In this document: one piece after another, positions 13,662 to 23,146 of the stretch
How the letters are laid out: the number at the start of each line of letters is the position of its first letter
Position numbering within the stretch: the first letter of the stretch is position 1
Assembly (NCBI GenBank): GCA_002811645.1
Contig: PDIP01000060.1
Span: forward strand, 93,679 to 157,678
From: Corallochytrium limacisporum Hawaii
Lineage: Eukaryota > Protista > Pluriformea
Length of the DNA: 64,000 nucleotides
Direction of reading: 5' to 3'
Position numbers and translations under genes: made by a program
Notes under the pieces: model-generated
Database searches by the model: none
Told to the model about the DNA's origin: nothing
Seen by the model: the letters and a program-made list of their open reading frames with translations, nothing else

Positions 13662-15803
13662 ATGCTGCCTGCGGTCAACGGCAGGGATGGCAGCAGCCAC
13701 CGTCGGCAGCTCAAACCCACAGGAGGAATTAGCGGCCGGTTTACTCTTCGCTACCTCCTACTGACTGTGTTTCTGATTGTTGCCTACGTTTGGTACTACC
13801 ACTCCACAGACGTCACTGACGGGCTTCCATGGGCATCTGGTGGTCCACTTGAGTGGGCCGGGAGCAGAAAATCGAGAAACGGGACTGCGAGGATCACAAT
13901 GCTGGAAACAGTTCTCCAGCAAGAACCACAAGTTCCGGAGAATAACTGCGGCCACGTCGGGGCTCCCATCACCGAAATTAACTTTGGTAACCTTCTGCTG
14001 GCGGAAGGGTCTAAACTCGAATTGTACGCATTCGACCACTCTGAACGGAGGGTCGGACTGGAACACCAATGGACGCTGGTACAGAGGGCGAAGGGAAGTC
14101 CGAAGGGTGACGCGCCGCCAAAGTGTACTGGTGGTCAAAGCAGCCTTTTGATTTGCGAAGGATTTGCAGCGGGCAGCATATGGCAGGTGCTGGCCACCAT
14201 TACCAATGACCTGCACCGGGCCTGTACCGCGAGCATGGTGGTCACCGTGCGTCCGAGCGATGCGCTTATTGTGCCTGCGGAGTCAGGCAAGGACGTGCCG
14301 AGTGCGAACGCGAAAAGGCAGGATCTGTTGTTGGTCGGTGCCTACATCAATCAGCCGTCACGAACCACGAGCATGGCCCTCGACCAATACATTCTGAAGA
14401 AAGTGGATGAGGTGCGCTGGTTCTTTGTGGGATCTCGGCCTGAACGGGGCAAGATTGGCGTCTCGCCGCCGTCGACTCTTCCCATTCCAGTCAAGAAGCA
14501 CAGCCAGCTTGACAGTTTCAACCAGGCGATGGATGATGAGCTTGATGAGGAATCCGGAGGACTTGCGGAAAAGGTCTACTTTGCGGGCCTGGATCGCGGC
14601 ATTTATATTGTCCGGTGCTATGTGAGAACCAAAAAGTCTGGCAACTGGCTCTTTATGGATACTCTGGTGACGGTTAAGGGCGCAAAGATGTCCATGTATG
14701 CGCATGAGCCAGGTACCTTCCCTGTTAATGAGGCATTGCAGCCCATTCCCTTCAAGAAGGGCAGTTTTCTGCCCAAATGCCATAGAGGTGGGTCCGGAGG
14801 ACCGGGAAAGGGTAAACCATGGTCCTTCGACCTCGACCGTCTCCTGGGTCCGGTGAAAGGGGAATTTGAGCGCAAGCGGCTGGCAAAGCAGAGGCCGAAC
14901 ACCGACAAGGATCCCAGCCAAGTGGACCATGAGAACGTACTCATCTATTTGAGCTTTGCGAGTTCAGAGTACGCGTTGCTTATGCGCAATCTGGTCTGTT
15001 CATGGCGTGCCCAGGGTGTAAAGAACTTGAGAGTCATTGCCTTTGATGATGATACATACAACAGCCTGAAGAACTTCCTCTCACCTCATGAACTCTACGA
15101 TGGTCGGAGTCTCTTTACTCCAGGAGAGAAGACAAATTACGAATACGGCCAAAAGGAAGTTTGGAGGCGTATCATGCACGTCAAGACCCGCTTTATTGCG
15201 GAATGCATCAATGCAGGGCTCGATGTTATGATCATGGATGCCGATACTGCATTGCTGGCACCTATCGACACTGATCTTCATCAGCGCAGTGCACGATGCG
15301 ATATTCAGTTCCAAGCGGACGCAGGGCGTGGTATCGAAGAAGCTGATCTTTGGGCCAACGTGGCCACAAATGCAGGCGTCTACTTTGCGCTCAGTAATCA
15401 CCGTACACGTCGGCTGTACCACGCCTGGCTTGATGCCTACGAGTGCGATGAGGCACGACGTGAGCAATTGGCTCTGCAGATTGCTTACCATAACCTCATT
15501 CGGGGGCAATGGATTCTGCACAACCCCGACATCCGGCCCTTGACCTTGCGTGGCGAGGAAGCGGAGTATGTGATCAAATTATGCTACTTACCCTTTGACA
15601 TTTATCCGAACGGCAACTTCTTTCTGTTCCAAGAGGACTTTCGGAAGGTCTATGGTGGGACCGTCCAACCGAAGCTCTTGCACGCCAATAAGGTCAACCA
15701 GGATATCAAAGTAAAGCGGGACTACCTCCAGCAGTACGGTGGTTACTTCTTGGATCCGACAAATGACCACCGCTGTGCTCCGACACATGGCAGAGCACCT
15801 TAG
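13662..15803 (+). CDS. Type II Golgi membrane glycosyltransferase, nucleotide-diphospho-sugar transferase (GT77-like) domain
   Basis: Short cytosolic tail, TM helix (YLLLTVFLIVAYVWYY), long stem, then a C-terminal domain with NLVCSW, VIAFDD, K-T-RFI, the DxD motif in MDADT, NAGVYF, EQLAL, YPNG and LLHAN. Confidence 0.8.
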   Translation: MLPAVNGRDGSSHRRQLKPTGGISGRFTLRYLLLTVFLIVAYVWYYHSTDVTDGLPWASGGPLEWAGSRKSRNGTARITMLETVLQQEPQVPENNCGHVGAPITEINFGNLLLAEGSKLELYAFDHSERRVGLEHQWTLVQRAKGSPKGDAPPKCTGGQSSLLICEGFAAGSIWQVLATITNDLHRACTASMVVTVRPSDALIVPAESGKDVPSANAKRQDLLLVGAYINQPSRTTSMALDQYILKKVDEVRWFFVGSRPERGKIGVSPPSTLPIPVKKHSQLDSFNQAMDDELDEESGGLAEKVYFAGLDRGIYIVRCYVRTKKSGNWLFMDTLVTVKGAKMSMYAHEPGTFPVNEALQPIPFKKGSFLPKCHRGGSGGPGKGKPWSFDLDRLLGPVKGEFERKRLAKQRPNTDKDPSQVDHENVLIYLSFASSEYALLMRNLVCSWRAQGVKNLRVIAFDDDTYNSLKNFLSPHELYDGRSLFTPGEKTNYEYGQKEVWRRIMHVKTRFIAECINAGLDVMIMDADTALLAPIDTDLHQRSARCDIQFQADAGRGIEEADLWANVATNAGVYFALSNHRTRRLYHAWLDAYECDEARREQLALQIAYHNLIRGQWILHNPDIRPLTLRGEEAEYVIKLCYLPFDIYPNGNFFLFQEDFRKVYGGTVQPKLLHANKVNQDIKVKRDYLQQYGGYFLDPTNDHRCAPTHGRAP

Positions 15804-16634
15804 CATAAGTCTACGCTGTCTCGAAGGAAGAAGTGTAACCCTCTCCGCCCATGACCAAGGTGACAACAAATGGGTGCATTGTCGGGCCCTCAGAACCAGC
15901 GGGAAAAAGATTCGAAATATTTCGTGCATATCTATAATTTTATTGTATAGTTGTGTACAAATATACAATGCGAATCAATGCCTATAGTGAGAGTACGAGC
16001 CCTCCCTTTCACACCCTTGAGCTTGCGGCCCCTGCCGTGAAGCGAAATCGCCGACCGAGGTCCTCTGCGAAACCCAACCAACCGGCCTACCAACGCGCTA
16101 CCCTGCGGGCCCCTTGCCCGCCTTCCCCAGGAGGGAAACCGAGCAAGGGGGATTGCGCCCCCCCCCCGGGACTGGAAGGGACCCCAAGTGGCCCCGTTGG
16201 ACGACTCTGCGCCCCCGTTCCGACAGTTGGAGGTCTCACCACAGATAGAGAAGGAGGGACGGAGGAAAAACAAAACAAAAACGTAAGTTAACAGAACTTT
16301 TCATTTTTAGAATTGGTAACAAGCTGCAATTGAATAAGGATGACATAATAACTGTAAAATTGATGAAAGTGATCTTTTGCAGTGAAGTCTGATCTTTTTG
16401 CGGGAACGCGTAGGGATCACTATTCGAACAGATCAGTACATTACCAGTACCAAACTATTTATGTCGGAGAGTTTCTGTAGATCAACATATAACCAAAACC
16501 TGACCAAATACATCGGATACATTAGGAAATCGTGATCTTTAGACCGGAACCTAAAGCTCTCGCAATGTGAGCCACAGTACTGGCGACAATGTAGACAAGC
16601 GCATAGGTTCCGTCGACAGCGAAGGATCGATACC

Positions 16635-19600
16635 ATGGGCGACCAACCGCCGCCGCCCCCTGGGGACGGACAAGGACCGCCACAAAATACCTATGCGCAG
16701 CAGGGACAGCAAGCTGGAACACAAGACCCGTACTACGGCCAGTTCTACCACCAACAGCAAGGTCAACAGCAAGCACATTATTCAGGTTATCAGGGCCAAT
16801 ATGCCCCACCTCCACCGCAGCAGCAGCAAGCTTCAGGTTACGGTCAGGGCGCAGGTTACTATTCGCAGCCTCCACCACCACAGTACGGGCATCAGCCGCC
16901 GCCTCAGCAGCAGGCTCCGACTCAATCTGGGTACGGGCAACAGGGCTACTATCAGCAACCTCCACCACAACAGCAACAGTACAGTGGTCAGGGTTACTAC
17001 CAGCAAGCACCACCAAACCAGCAGTACTACGCAGGATACAATCAGCAACCTACACCACAGCAGACACAGTACAATCAGCCACCGCAACCTCAGCAGCAGC
17101 AGCAGGCTTCGTCATTTGGCCAAGTTTCACCACAGCCACCTGGTGCTCGAGATCAGAGCCCATCGTACGCCCAGAGGCGGCCCAGTCCATACAAAGCAGA
17201 AGAGCATTACGGGAGCCAACAACCCCCGCCACAGCAGCAGTACTATCCGCCACCGCCACCGCAGACTGGAGAAAATCAGCCGCCACAGGATCAGCAGCAG
17301 CAGCAGCCGCAACAGCAGCAACCATCGCACCTTCAGCCTCCTCAATACCAGTCAGGAGGATATGCTCCGTACGTGCCTCCAACAACGTCAGATGAGCCAA
17401 GCCAGCAGCATTCGAAACAGAACGAAAAATCAGAGTCCGCGCCGCCACCGCGACCTCAGCAACAACGAGCAATGGCTCCCTCAGCAGCTGCACCGGCCTA
17501 CACGCCGGGACCGTGGGATCAGCAGCAAAAACCACAGCATCAGACGCATTACCCTCATCCCCATACGGTGCCCACGCAGCATGCGCCTTCTAATGTACAC
17601 CACCACGGACCACCTAAACCTTCCCCACGGCAACACCACGGACCTGGAACTACCCCTAGTGCAAGTACGGCGAGGGGCTACAAAATGGGTAGCGGTGATG
17701 CTGCGGCTGCGGCTGCGTACAAACCGAAACAGGTAACGCGCAAAGCAAGTGCCAAGAAGAACCCAAGGCCACGCATGATCAACGGCGTCATGGATGATAT
17801 TGATGAAATCATTGTGAGCATAAACGACCTGCCCACCACGCCAAAGCAAGAGTTGCTTGAGCATCGGCGCAAGGAATTGAACGGTGACATGGACGGATAC
17901 ATTCAGGTACCGTCTTCCAAACACCAACGTACTGTGCACAACCGGGAGGCCATTCACCGACACCGCATCGGGGACGCCTTCCTCGACACGCTAGACATGA
18001 TGGAAGACCATGAAGATGATGTGAAGGAAGTTGGCATACCGAATCGACTTATACAGAATGGAGCGCAGGTTGTGCACGCGCAAGAAGACACGTTCACCAC
18101 CGTCCCGCAGAGCGGTTCCACAAAAAAGCCTGGTGACAAGAAAAAGATTACTACCGCAGCCAACGGAGCACACGGGCCGGACACCAAGGATACCGGGGCC
18201 GATGAGAAGAAGCCCTTAATCATAAGTACCGATATCACTCGGGCTATGCCGAAGAAGGGTATGGACGATGCCTTCTTTGCTCACAACACCAAATTTGTGA
18301 CACCAGAAGAGTACGGTATTCTGCTTGCTCGACACAAGGGCCGTCATGTGGACCGCATCAAGGACAACGACAAGACGAAGTTGTCTGTGGCGACAATGCG
18401 CAAATTGACCTCTGGCCTGAACACGTTCAAACGTAGCAACGCTTCGCTCGCGAACGAGAAGATCAAGGTCACTGCGGCTCAGGGCAATGGCTTTCTGCCC
18501 CAAAACATCGGTGCTGCCTCGATGATTCTTGAGACCCTCACCAAGACCAAGAAAAAGAGCGGCTCGGTAGTGGGTATGGTCATTGCGGGAACCCGCATTC
18601 CCAGCGGTCTATCCCGCAGTGAGCGGCGCAAGCTCGCCCGTCGTTTACAAAAGGAACAGATGCGTATCGCGGCCGGTCTAGATCCCAATGCCCCAGAGGA
18701 TGGCAAGAAGAAAGCCCGTCGATCTCGAACGCGGGTTGCTAGGGATTTGAAAGAAGATGAAGACGGTGCCATCCCCAGGCGGAGGCGTCGGAGAGTGTCT
18801 AAGGAGCCGAAGCCCCCAAAGATACCCAAAATCAAGCTCACGCGCGAGGAACGACTGGAACGCGCCCGTACGCGACGTCAAGAAAAGCGAAGGGAGCTTA
18901 AGGAAAGGAAGGACTTGCAGAGCGAGGCTAGTCGACTCGCAAAGTCTCGGCGGCTGGCCTACCGCTCGCTCTGTCGTGTTGACATTCCGCGTGCGTTCAA
19001 GGAATTCCAGGCTCGGTATAATCAAGTGCTGTCGAATGCGCGTAAAATAAGCATGCAGACCCAGAAAGAGGTCAAGAAAGCAGCGATTCAGCGTCACAAG
19101 GATAATGGTGGCGTGCCATTGAGGGCCAAGAAATTGGTCAAGCAAATGTTACGTTACTGGCGCCATGCAGAACGGCAAGAAAAGGAGGTGCAGAAGCGTC
19201 AAGAGAAGGAAGATCTCATCCGTCGTCGCGCCGAGGAAGAACTGCGTGAAGCGAAGCGACAGCAACGTAAGCTCAACTTTCTCATCACTCAAACTGAATT
19301 GTACGCTCATTTCGTGGGTGCAAAGGTGGGAACTGCCGCCGCACAAGCACCAGAAGCCAAGTCCAATTCCAATGGGGGCGATGTGGAACCGCAAACTGAG
19401 GACATCGCTGCGAAGGTGGGTGGTGAGGACCCGGTCAAGATCAGTGAGAATGAGATTCTCAAGCAGCTTGAGGCCGGTATGACTCAGGAGGAGATTGAAC
19501 AGGCGAAGCAGGAAGCTGCTGCGGTCCAGAAAGAGAAGGGCAAACGACAGGCACCGTCACGTGGTCTCAGGAAGGCCAGTTCGGAAGACTCTGCCAGTGG

Positions 19601-22600
19601 GGACGTTAGGAATGATGATGAAGCCGATGATGAGGACGACAACATTGAGTTGCTCAAACAGAAGGCTATTGAAAACGCCAAAAGCGCTATCGATGAACAG
19701 AAGGCTCGCACGGCCCAGTTCGATGCCGAGTACCAGGCTGAACAGGAGGCCGCGGCTGCCAACGCAGAGGGCGGTACTGAATCAACAGTGCGGAAGGCTG
19801 GACGAACGGGGGCACTGACTTTCGATAATCCGCAGATGGGCGAGGGTTACGCGACCCTGCGGCAGCCCAAGATGTTTAACGGTACAATGAAGGGCTACCA
19901 GCTAAAGGGTATTAGTTGGTTGTACAATCTCTACGACCAGGGCATCAATGGTATTCTGGCCGATGAGATGGGTCTCGGAAAAACGGTGCAATCCATTGCT
20001 CTACTATGCCACATTGCAGAGACGCAGAATATTTGGGGACCATTCCTAGTCATTGCACCTGCTTCAACACTGCACAATTGGTTGCAAGAATTCAAGCAAT
20101 TTGCGCCTACGTTCCAGGTCTTACCGTACTGGGGCAATATTGAGGAACGTAAGGTCCTGCGAAAGTTCTGGAACCACCGTGGCATCTACACCAAGTCGAG
20201 TGCGTGCCACGTCGTAGTCACCAACTATCAGCTCGTGGTGTCGGATGCGAATTACTTCCAGCGTGTGAAATGGCAGTACATGATTCTCGACGAAGCTCAG
20301 GCTATCAAATCGAGCTCTTCGATACGCTGGAAGACTCTGCTCGGTTTCAACTGCCGCAATCGTCTGCTATTGACTGGTACGCCGATCCAAAACTCAATGG
20401 CCGAGCTATGGGCCCTATTGCATTTCATTATGCCCAGTCTATTCGACAGCCACAAGGAATTCAGTGAATGGTTCAGTAAGGATATTGAGGCCACAGCGAC
20501 GGATCAGAAAGGCGGTATCGATGAAGCCCAGTTGCGCCGGTTGCACATGATCCTCAAGCCGTTCATGCTGCGCCGTGTAAAGACAAGCGTGGACCTGGAG
20601 CTGCCGGATAAGATTGAGATTGAACTGAACTGTGGGTTATCCGCACGCCAGATGGCCCTATACACGGGCATTCGCAAGAAGATTAGTATCGAAGAGCTGT
20701 TGGATACGGCCCTCGAATTCGGCAACCAAACTACAGAGGACAATAATCAGCAAGTCAGTCGATTGATGAACCTGGTCATGCAGTTTCGCAAGGTCTGCAA
20801 CCACCCAGATCTATTCGAGCGGCGTGAGCCCGACTCGCCATTCTTCTTTAGTCCCGAATTGTGCCATGTTGGTCGTCGGAACATTCGTCAGCTAAGAGAA
20901 GCGCAACAGGCCACCGGTGGGCTCATGATCAATACCACTGCCACTGCTGCGGAACGGAAAGCTATCCCGGCGTCCCAATACCCACTCTTCAGCTGTCAGA
21001 CCGACGCGAGCATGACGAATCCGTCCATTTTTGCCACACAGCGTAGCCCTTGGAATCACAATGAAATGATTTGGGTCAATCCAAGTGTGACGCGCCCATT
21101 GACTGTCCTTGTACCACGAATTGTATTTGAGCAGGCTATGACTATCCACCGCATGCAGAACGACGGGTTTGTGGTGCCTAGCACCAATGAGGGCCGTGTG
21201 TTGCAGCGTTGGATCGGTAACCGGCTGCTCTGGAACGAACAGTATGTTCACAACTGCGTTATGGGCGACTCGCAGGGCAAGGACGACTCCATTTTTGCCT
21301 TTGTACGCCTCTCCGGGCTCACTGCGGGCGATTTCGTGGGCTGTGGCTTGGGCTTGACTGCGGCCATCACCCGCCCTGTCGCGTCTATTCTGCCACAACA
21401 CCGTCATAGTTCGATCGCGGCTGAGGGTCGTGCAGCCGTGGCCTTGCTCTGCATTGCGCATGAATGGTCGCGGAAGCGAGCGGCTATTTCGACTGTTCGC
21501 GACACTGAAGGCAGCCGCAGTAGCCAGAACGACAAAGAAACGGTGATCAGCTGCGGCGGGACGATGGATAGCACCGTATTGCTTCGAGAGATCACGTCTA
21601 CCCGATACTCCAATGGTCATAACGATGCGAACATGATGCTCAAGCCGGTTATGAAGTCCGATCTAATGCTTCATGCCCTGAACGGCGGTCTTGCCATCCT
21701 ACCAGGTATCGTTAGTGGCGACAACGATGCCTTCGACCTCTACACCCTGCAGAGCTGGAGCCTGAACCTTCAATGCACCTTGGACGGGGCCCTGGCTCCT
21801 GTCCCTGATCTGTATGCCAGCCACCCGCGTGGCGAATGTCATGCACCCCTGTCCGCCTCCCGGGCGCCGAGCTATCAGCAATCTTATGCGGAACCAACCA
21901 CTATTACGGATGACTCCTGGGCTATGTTCTGGCTGTCCGGCATTTGGTACGCGCCCGCACAGGCCAACCGCCGCCGCCTGATGATCGCAAGTGCTGTGGA
22001 CGACGCTGCAAACGAGGACGCAAATGACCGGTTTATGGCTGCGCTGCTTTCTGGTGACCAGGATGCTGCAGCTAATGCCAGCCACGAGCAAGCAATGATC
22101 GTCGCTCCCATGCTTGAGCATGCAGACAATGATGCGACCCTGCTTAATCCGTCGCGTCGGGACCTGTCCTGCCACCAACCGTTATCATGTCCGCTCCAGG
22201 TGCCGGAGAAGCGCCTTCTCATCTCGGACGCTGGCAAACTGCGTACCCTGGATCGTCTGCTTGTCACGCTTAAGAACGAGGGCCATCGTACATTACTTTA
22301 CTCGCAGATGACCCGTATGATTGATCTTTTGGAGGAGTATCTGACTTTCCGACAGTACAAGTATATTCGGTTGGATGGTAGCTCCAAGATCAGTGATCGT
22401 CGCGATATGGTAAGTGATTTCCAGACCCGCGATGACATTTTTGTGTTCCTTCTGTCCACCAGGGCCGGTGGCCTGGGAATCAACCTGACGGCTGCTGACA
22501 CAGTGATTTTCTACGACTCGGACTGGAATCCGACCGTGGACCAGCAGGCCATGGATCGTGCACACCGTGTCGGTCAGACGAAGCAAGTCACAGTATACCG

Positions 22601-22889
22601 CATGGTCACAAAGGGTTCGATCGAGGACCGTATCCTGCAGCGCGCCCGTCAGAAGTCCCAGATTCAAAGCATGGTCATTTCCGGCAGCGGCAGCTTCAAG
22701 GGCACAGCGGACAAGCTTGTCGCGAGTGATGTGGTCAACATGCTGCTCGACGACGACGAAATGGAGCGCAACTTCCGCAAAAAGCAGAAGGAGCGCAAGG
22801 CCATGGAGAAGCGCCGAGCGGCGGAACGGCGCAAGCGGCGCAAGCTGGAGGAGATTGAGCGGCAGAAGGCTTTGCATCAGATTGCTTAA
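16635..22889 (+). CDS. INO80: Chromatin-remodelling ATPase INO80
   Basis: DBINO domain (EAKRQQRKLNFLITQTELYAHF), SNF2 motifs GILADEMGLGKT, DEAQ, LLTGTPIQN and MQFRKVCNHP, a long split-ATPase insertion, and helicase-C motifs LSTRAGGLGINLT and QAMDRAHR. Confidence 0.97.
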   Translation: MGDQPPPPPGDGQGPPQNTYAQQGQQAGTQDPYYGQFYHQQQGQQQAHYSGYQGQYAPPPPQQQQASGYGQGAGYYSQPPPPQYGHQPPPQQQAPTQSGYGQQGYYQQPPPQQQQYSGQGYYQQAPPNQQYYAGYNQQPTPQQTQYNQPPQPQQQQQASSFGQVSPQPPGARDQSPSYAQRRPSPYKAEEHYGSQQPPPQQQYYPPPPPQTGENQPPQDQQQQQPQQQQPSHLQPPQYQSGGYAPYVPPTTSDEPSQQHSKQNEKSESAPPPRPQQQRAMAPSAAAPAYTPGPWDQQQKPQHQTHYPHPHTVPTQHAPSNVHHHGPPKPSPRQHHGPGTTPSASTARGYKMGSGDAAAAAAYKPKQVTRKASAKKNPRPRMINGVMDDIDEIIVSINDLPTTPKQELLEHRRKELNGDMDGYIQVPSSKHQRTVHNREAIHRHRIGDAFLDTLDMMEDHEDDVKEVGIPNRLIQNGAQVVHAQEDTFTTVPQSGSTKKPGDKKKITTAANGAHGPDTKDTGADEKKPLIISTDITRAMPKKGMDDAFFAHNTKFVTPEEYGILLARHKGRHVDRIKDNDKTKLSVATMRKLTSGLNTFKRSNASLANEKIKVTAAQGNGFLPQNIGAASMILETLTKTKKKSGSVVGMVIAGTRIPSGLSRSERRKLARRLQKEQMRIAAGLDPNAPEDGKKKARRSRTRVARDLKEDEDGAIPRRRRRRVSKEPKPPKIPKIKLTREERLERARTRRQEKRRELKERKDLQSEASRLAKSRRLAYRSLCRVDIPRAFKEFQARYNQVLSNARKISMQTQKEVKKAAIQRHKDNGGVPLRAKKLVKQMLRYWRHAERQEKEVQKRQEKEDLIRRRAEEELREAKRQQRKLNFLITQTELYAHFVGAKVGTAAAQAPEAKSNSNGGDVEPQTEDIAAKVGGEDPVKISENEILKQLEAGMTQEEIEQAKQEAAAVQKEKGKRQAPSRGLRKASSEDSASGDVRNDDEADDEDDNIELLKQKAIENAKSAIDEQKARTAQFDAEYQAEQEAAAANAEGGTESTVRKAGRTGALTFDNPQMGEGYATLRQPKMFNGTMKGYQLKGISWLYNLYDQGINGILADEMGLGKTVQSIALLCHIAETQNIWGPFLVIAPASTLHNWLQEFKQFAPTFQVLPYWGNIEERKVLRKFWNHRGIYTKSSACHVVVTNYQLVVSDANYFQRVKWQYMILDEAQAIKSSSSIRWKTLLGFNCRNRLLLTGTPIQNSMAELWALLHFIMPSLFDSHKEFSEWFSKDIEATATDQKGGIDEAQLRRLHMILKPFMLRRVKTSVDLELPDKIEIELNCGLSARQMALYTGIRKKISIEELLDTALEFGNQTTEDNNQQVSRLMNLVMQFRKVCNHPDLFERREPDSPFFFSPELCHVGRRNIRQLREAQQATGGLMINTTATAAERKAIPASQYPLFSCQTDASMTNPSIFATQRSPWNHNEMIWVNPSVTRPLTVLVPRIVFEQAMTIHRMQNDGFVVPSTNEGRVLQRWIGNRLLWNEQYVHNCVMGDSQGKDDSIFAFVRLSGLTAGDFVGCGLGLTAAITRPVASILPQHRHSSIAAEGRAAVALLCIAHEWSRKRAAISTVRDTEGSRSSQNDKETVISCGGTMDSTVLLREITSTRYSNGHNDANMMLKPVMKSDLMLHALNGGLAILPGIVSGDNDAFDLYTLQSWSLNLQCTLDGALAPVPDLYASHPRGECHAPLSASRAPSYQQSYAEPTTITDDSWAMFWLSGIWYAPAQANRRRLMIASAVDDAANEDANDRFMAALLSGDQDAAANASHEQAMIVAPMLEHADNDATLLNPSRRDLSCHQPLSCPLQVPEKRLLISDAGKLRTLDRLLVTLKNEGHRTLLYSQMTRMIDLLEEYLTFRQYKYIRLDGSSKISDRRDMVSDFQTRDDIFVFLLSTRAGGLGINLTAADTVIFYDSDWNPTVDQQAMDRAHRVGQTKQVTVYRMVTKGSIEDRILQRARQKSQIQSMVISGSGSFKGTADKLVASDVVNMLLDDDEMERNFRKKQKERKAMEKRRAAERRKRRKLEEIERQKALHQIA

Positions 22890-23146
22890 TATTGTAGCGA
22901 GCATCAAAGAATTATTACAGTAGTCGACCCACGTCCATACTGATTAGAAATATCCCCGATTCAAAGTTTTGTAATGCTATAGGGATGCTTAGGTGTCTGT
23001 GTGTCGTGCAACGGCAGAAGAATCTCTTCGGTCGGTTATGGTCGGTGAATCTAGTATAGTGTGAGTGTCTGCATGGAACTTTGTGAAATGAAAGCATGAA
23101 GCCACATATGAAAATGATGATCATTGTAAATCATGGACATGCTAGC

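Noticed and set aside
16567-17736. 389-aa alternative-frame ORF and antisense ORFs over the INO80 N-terminus
   Set aside because: Shadow of CAG/CCA-rich low-complexity coding sequence, which lacks stops in other frames.
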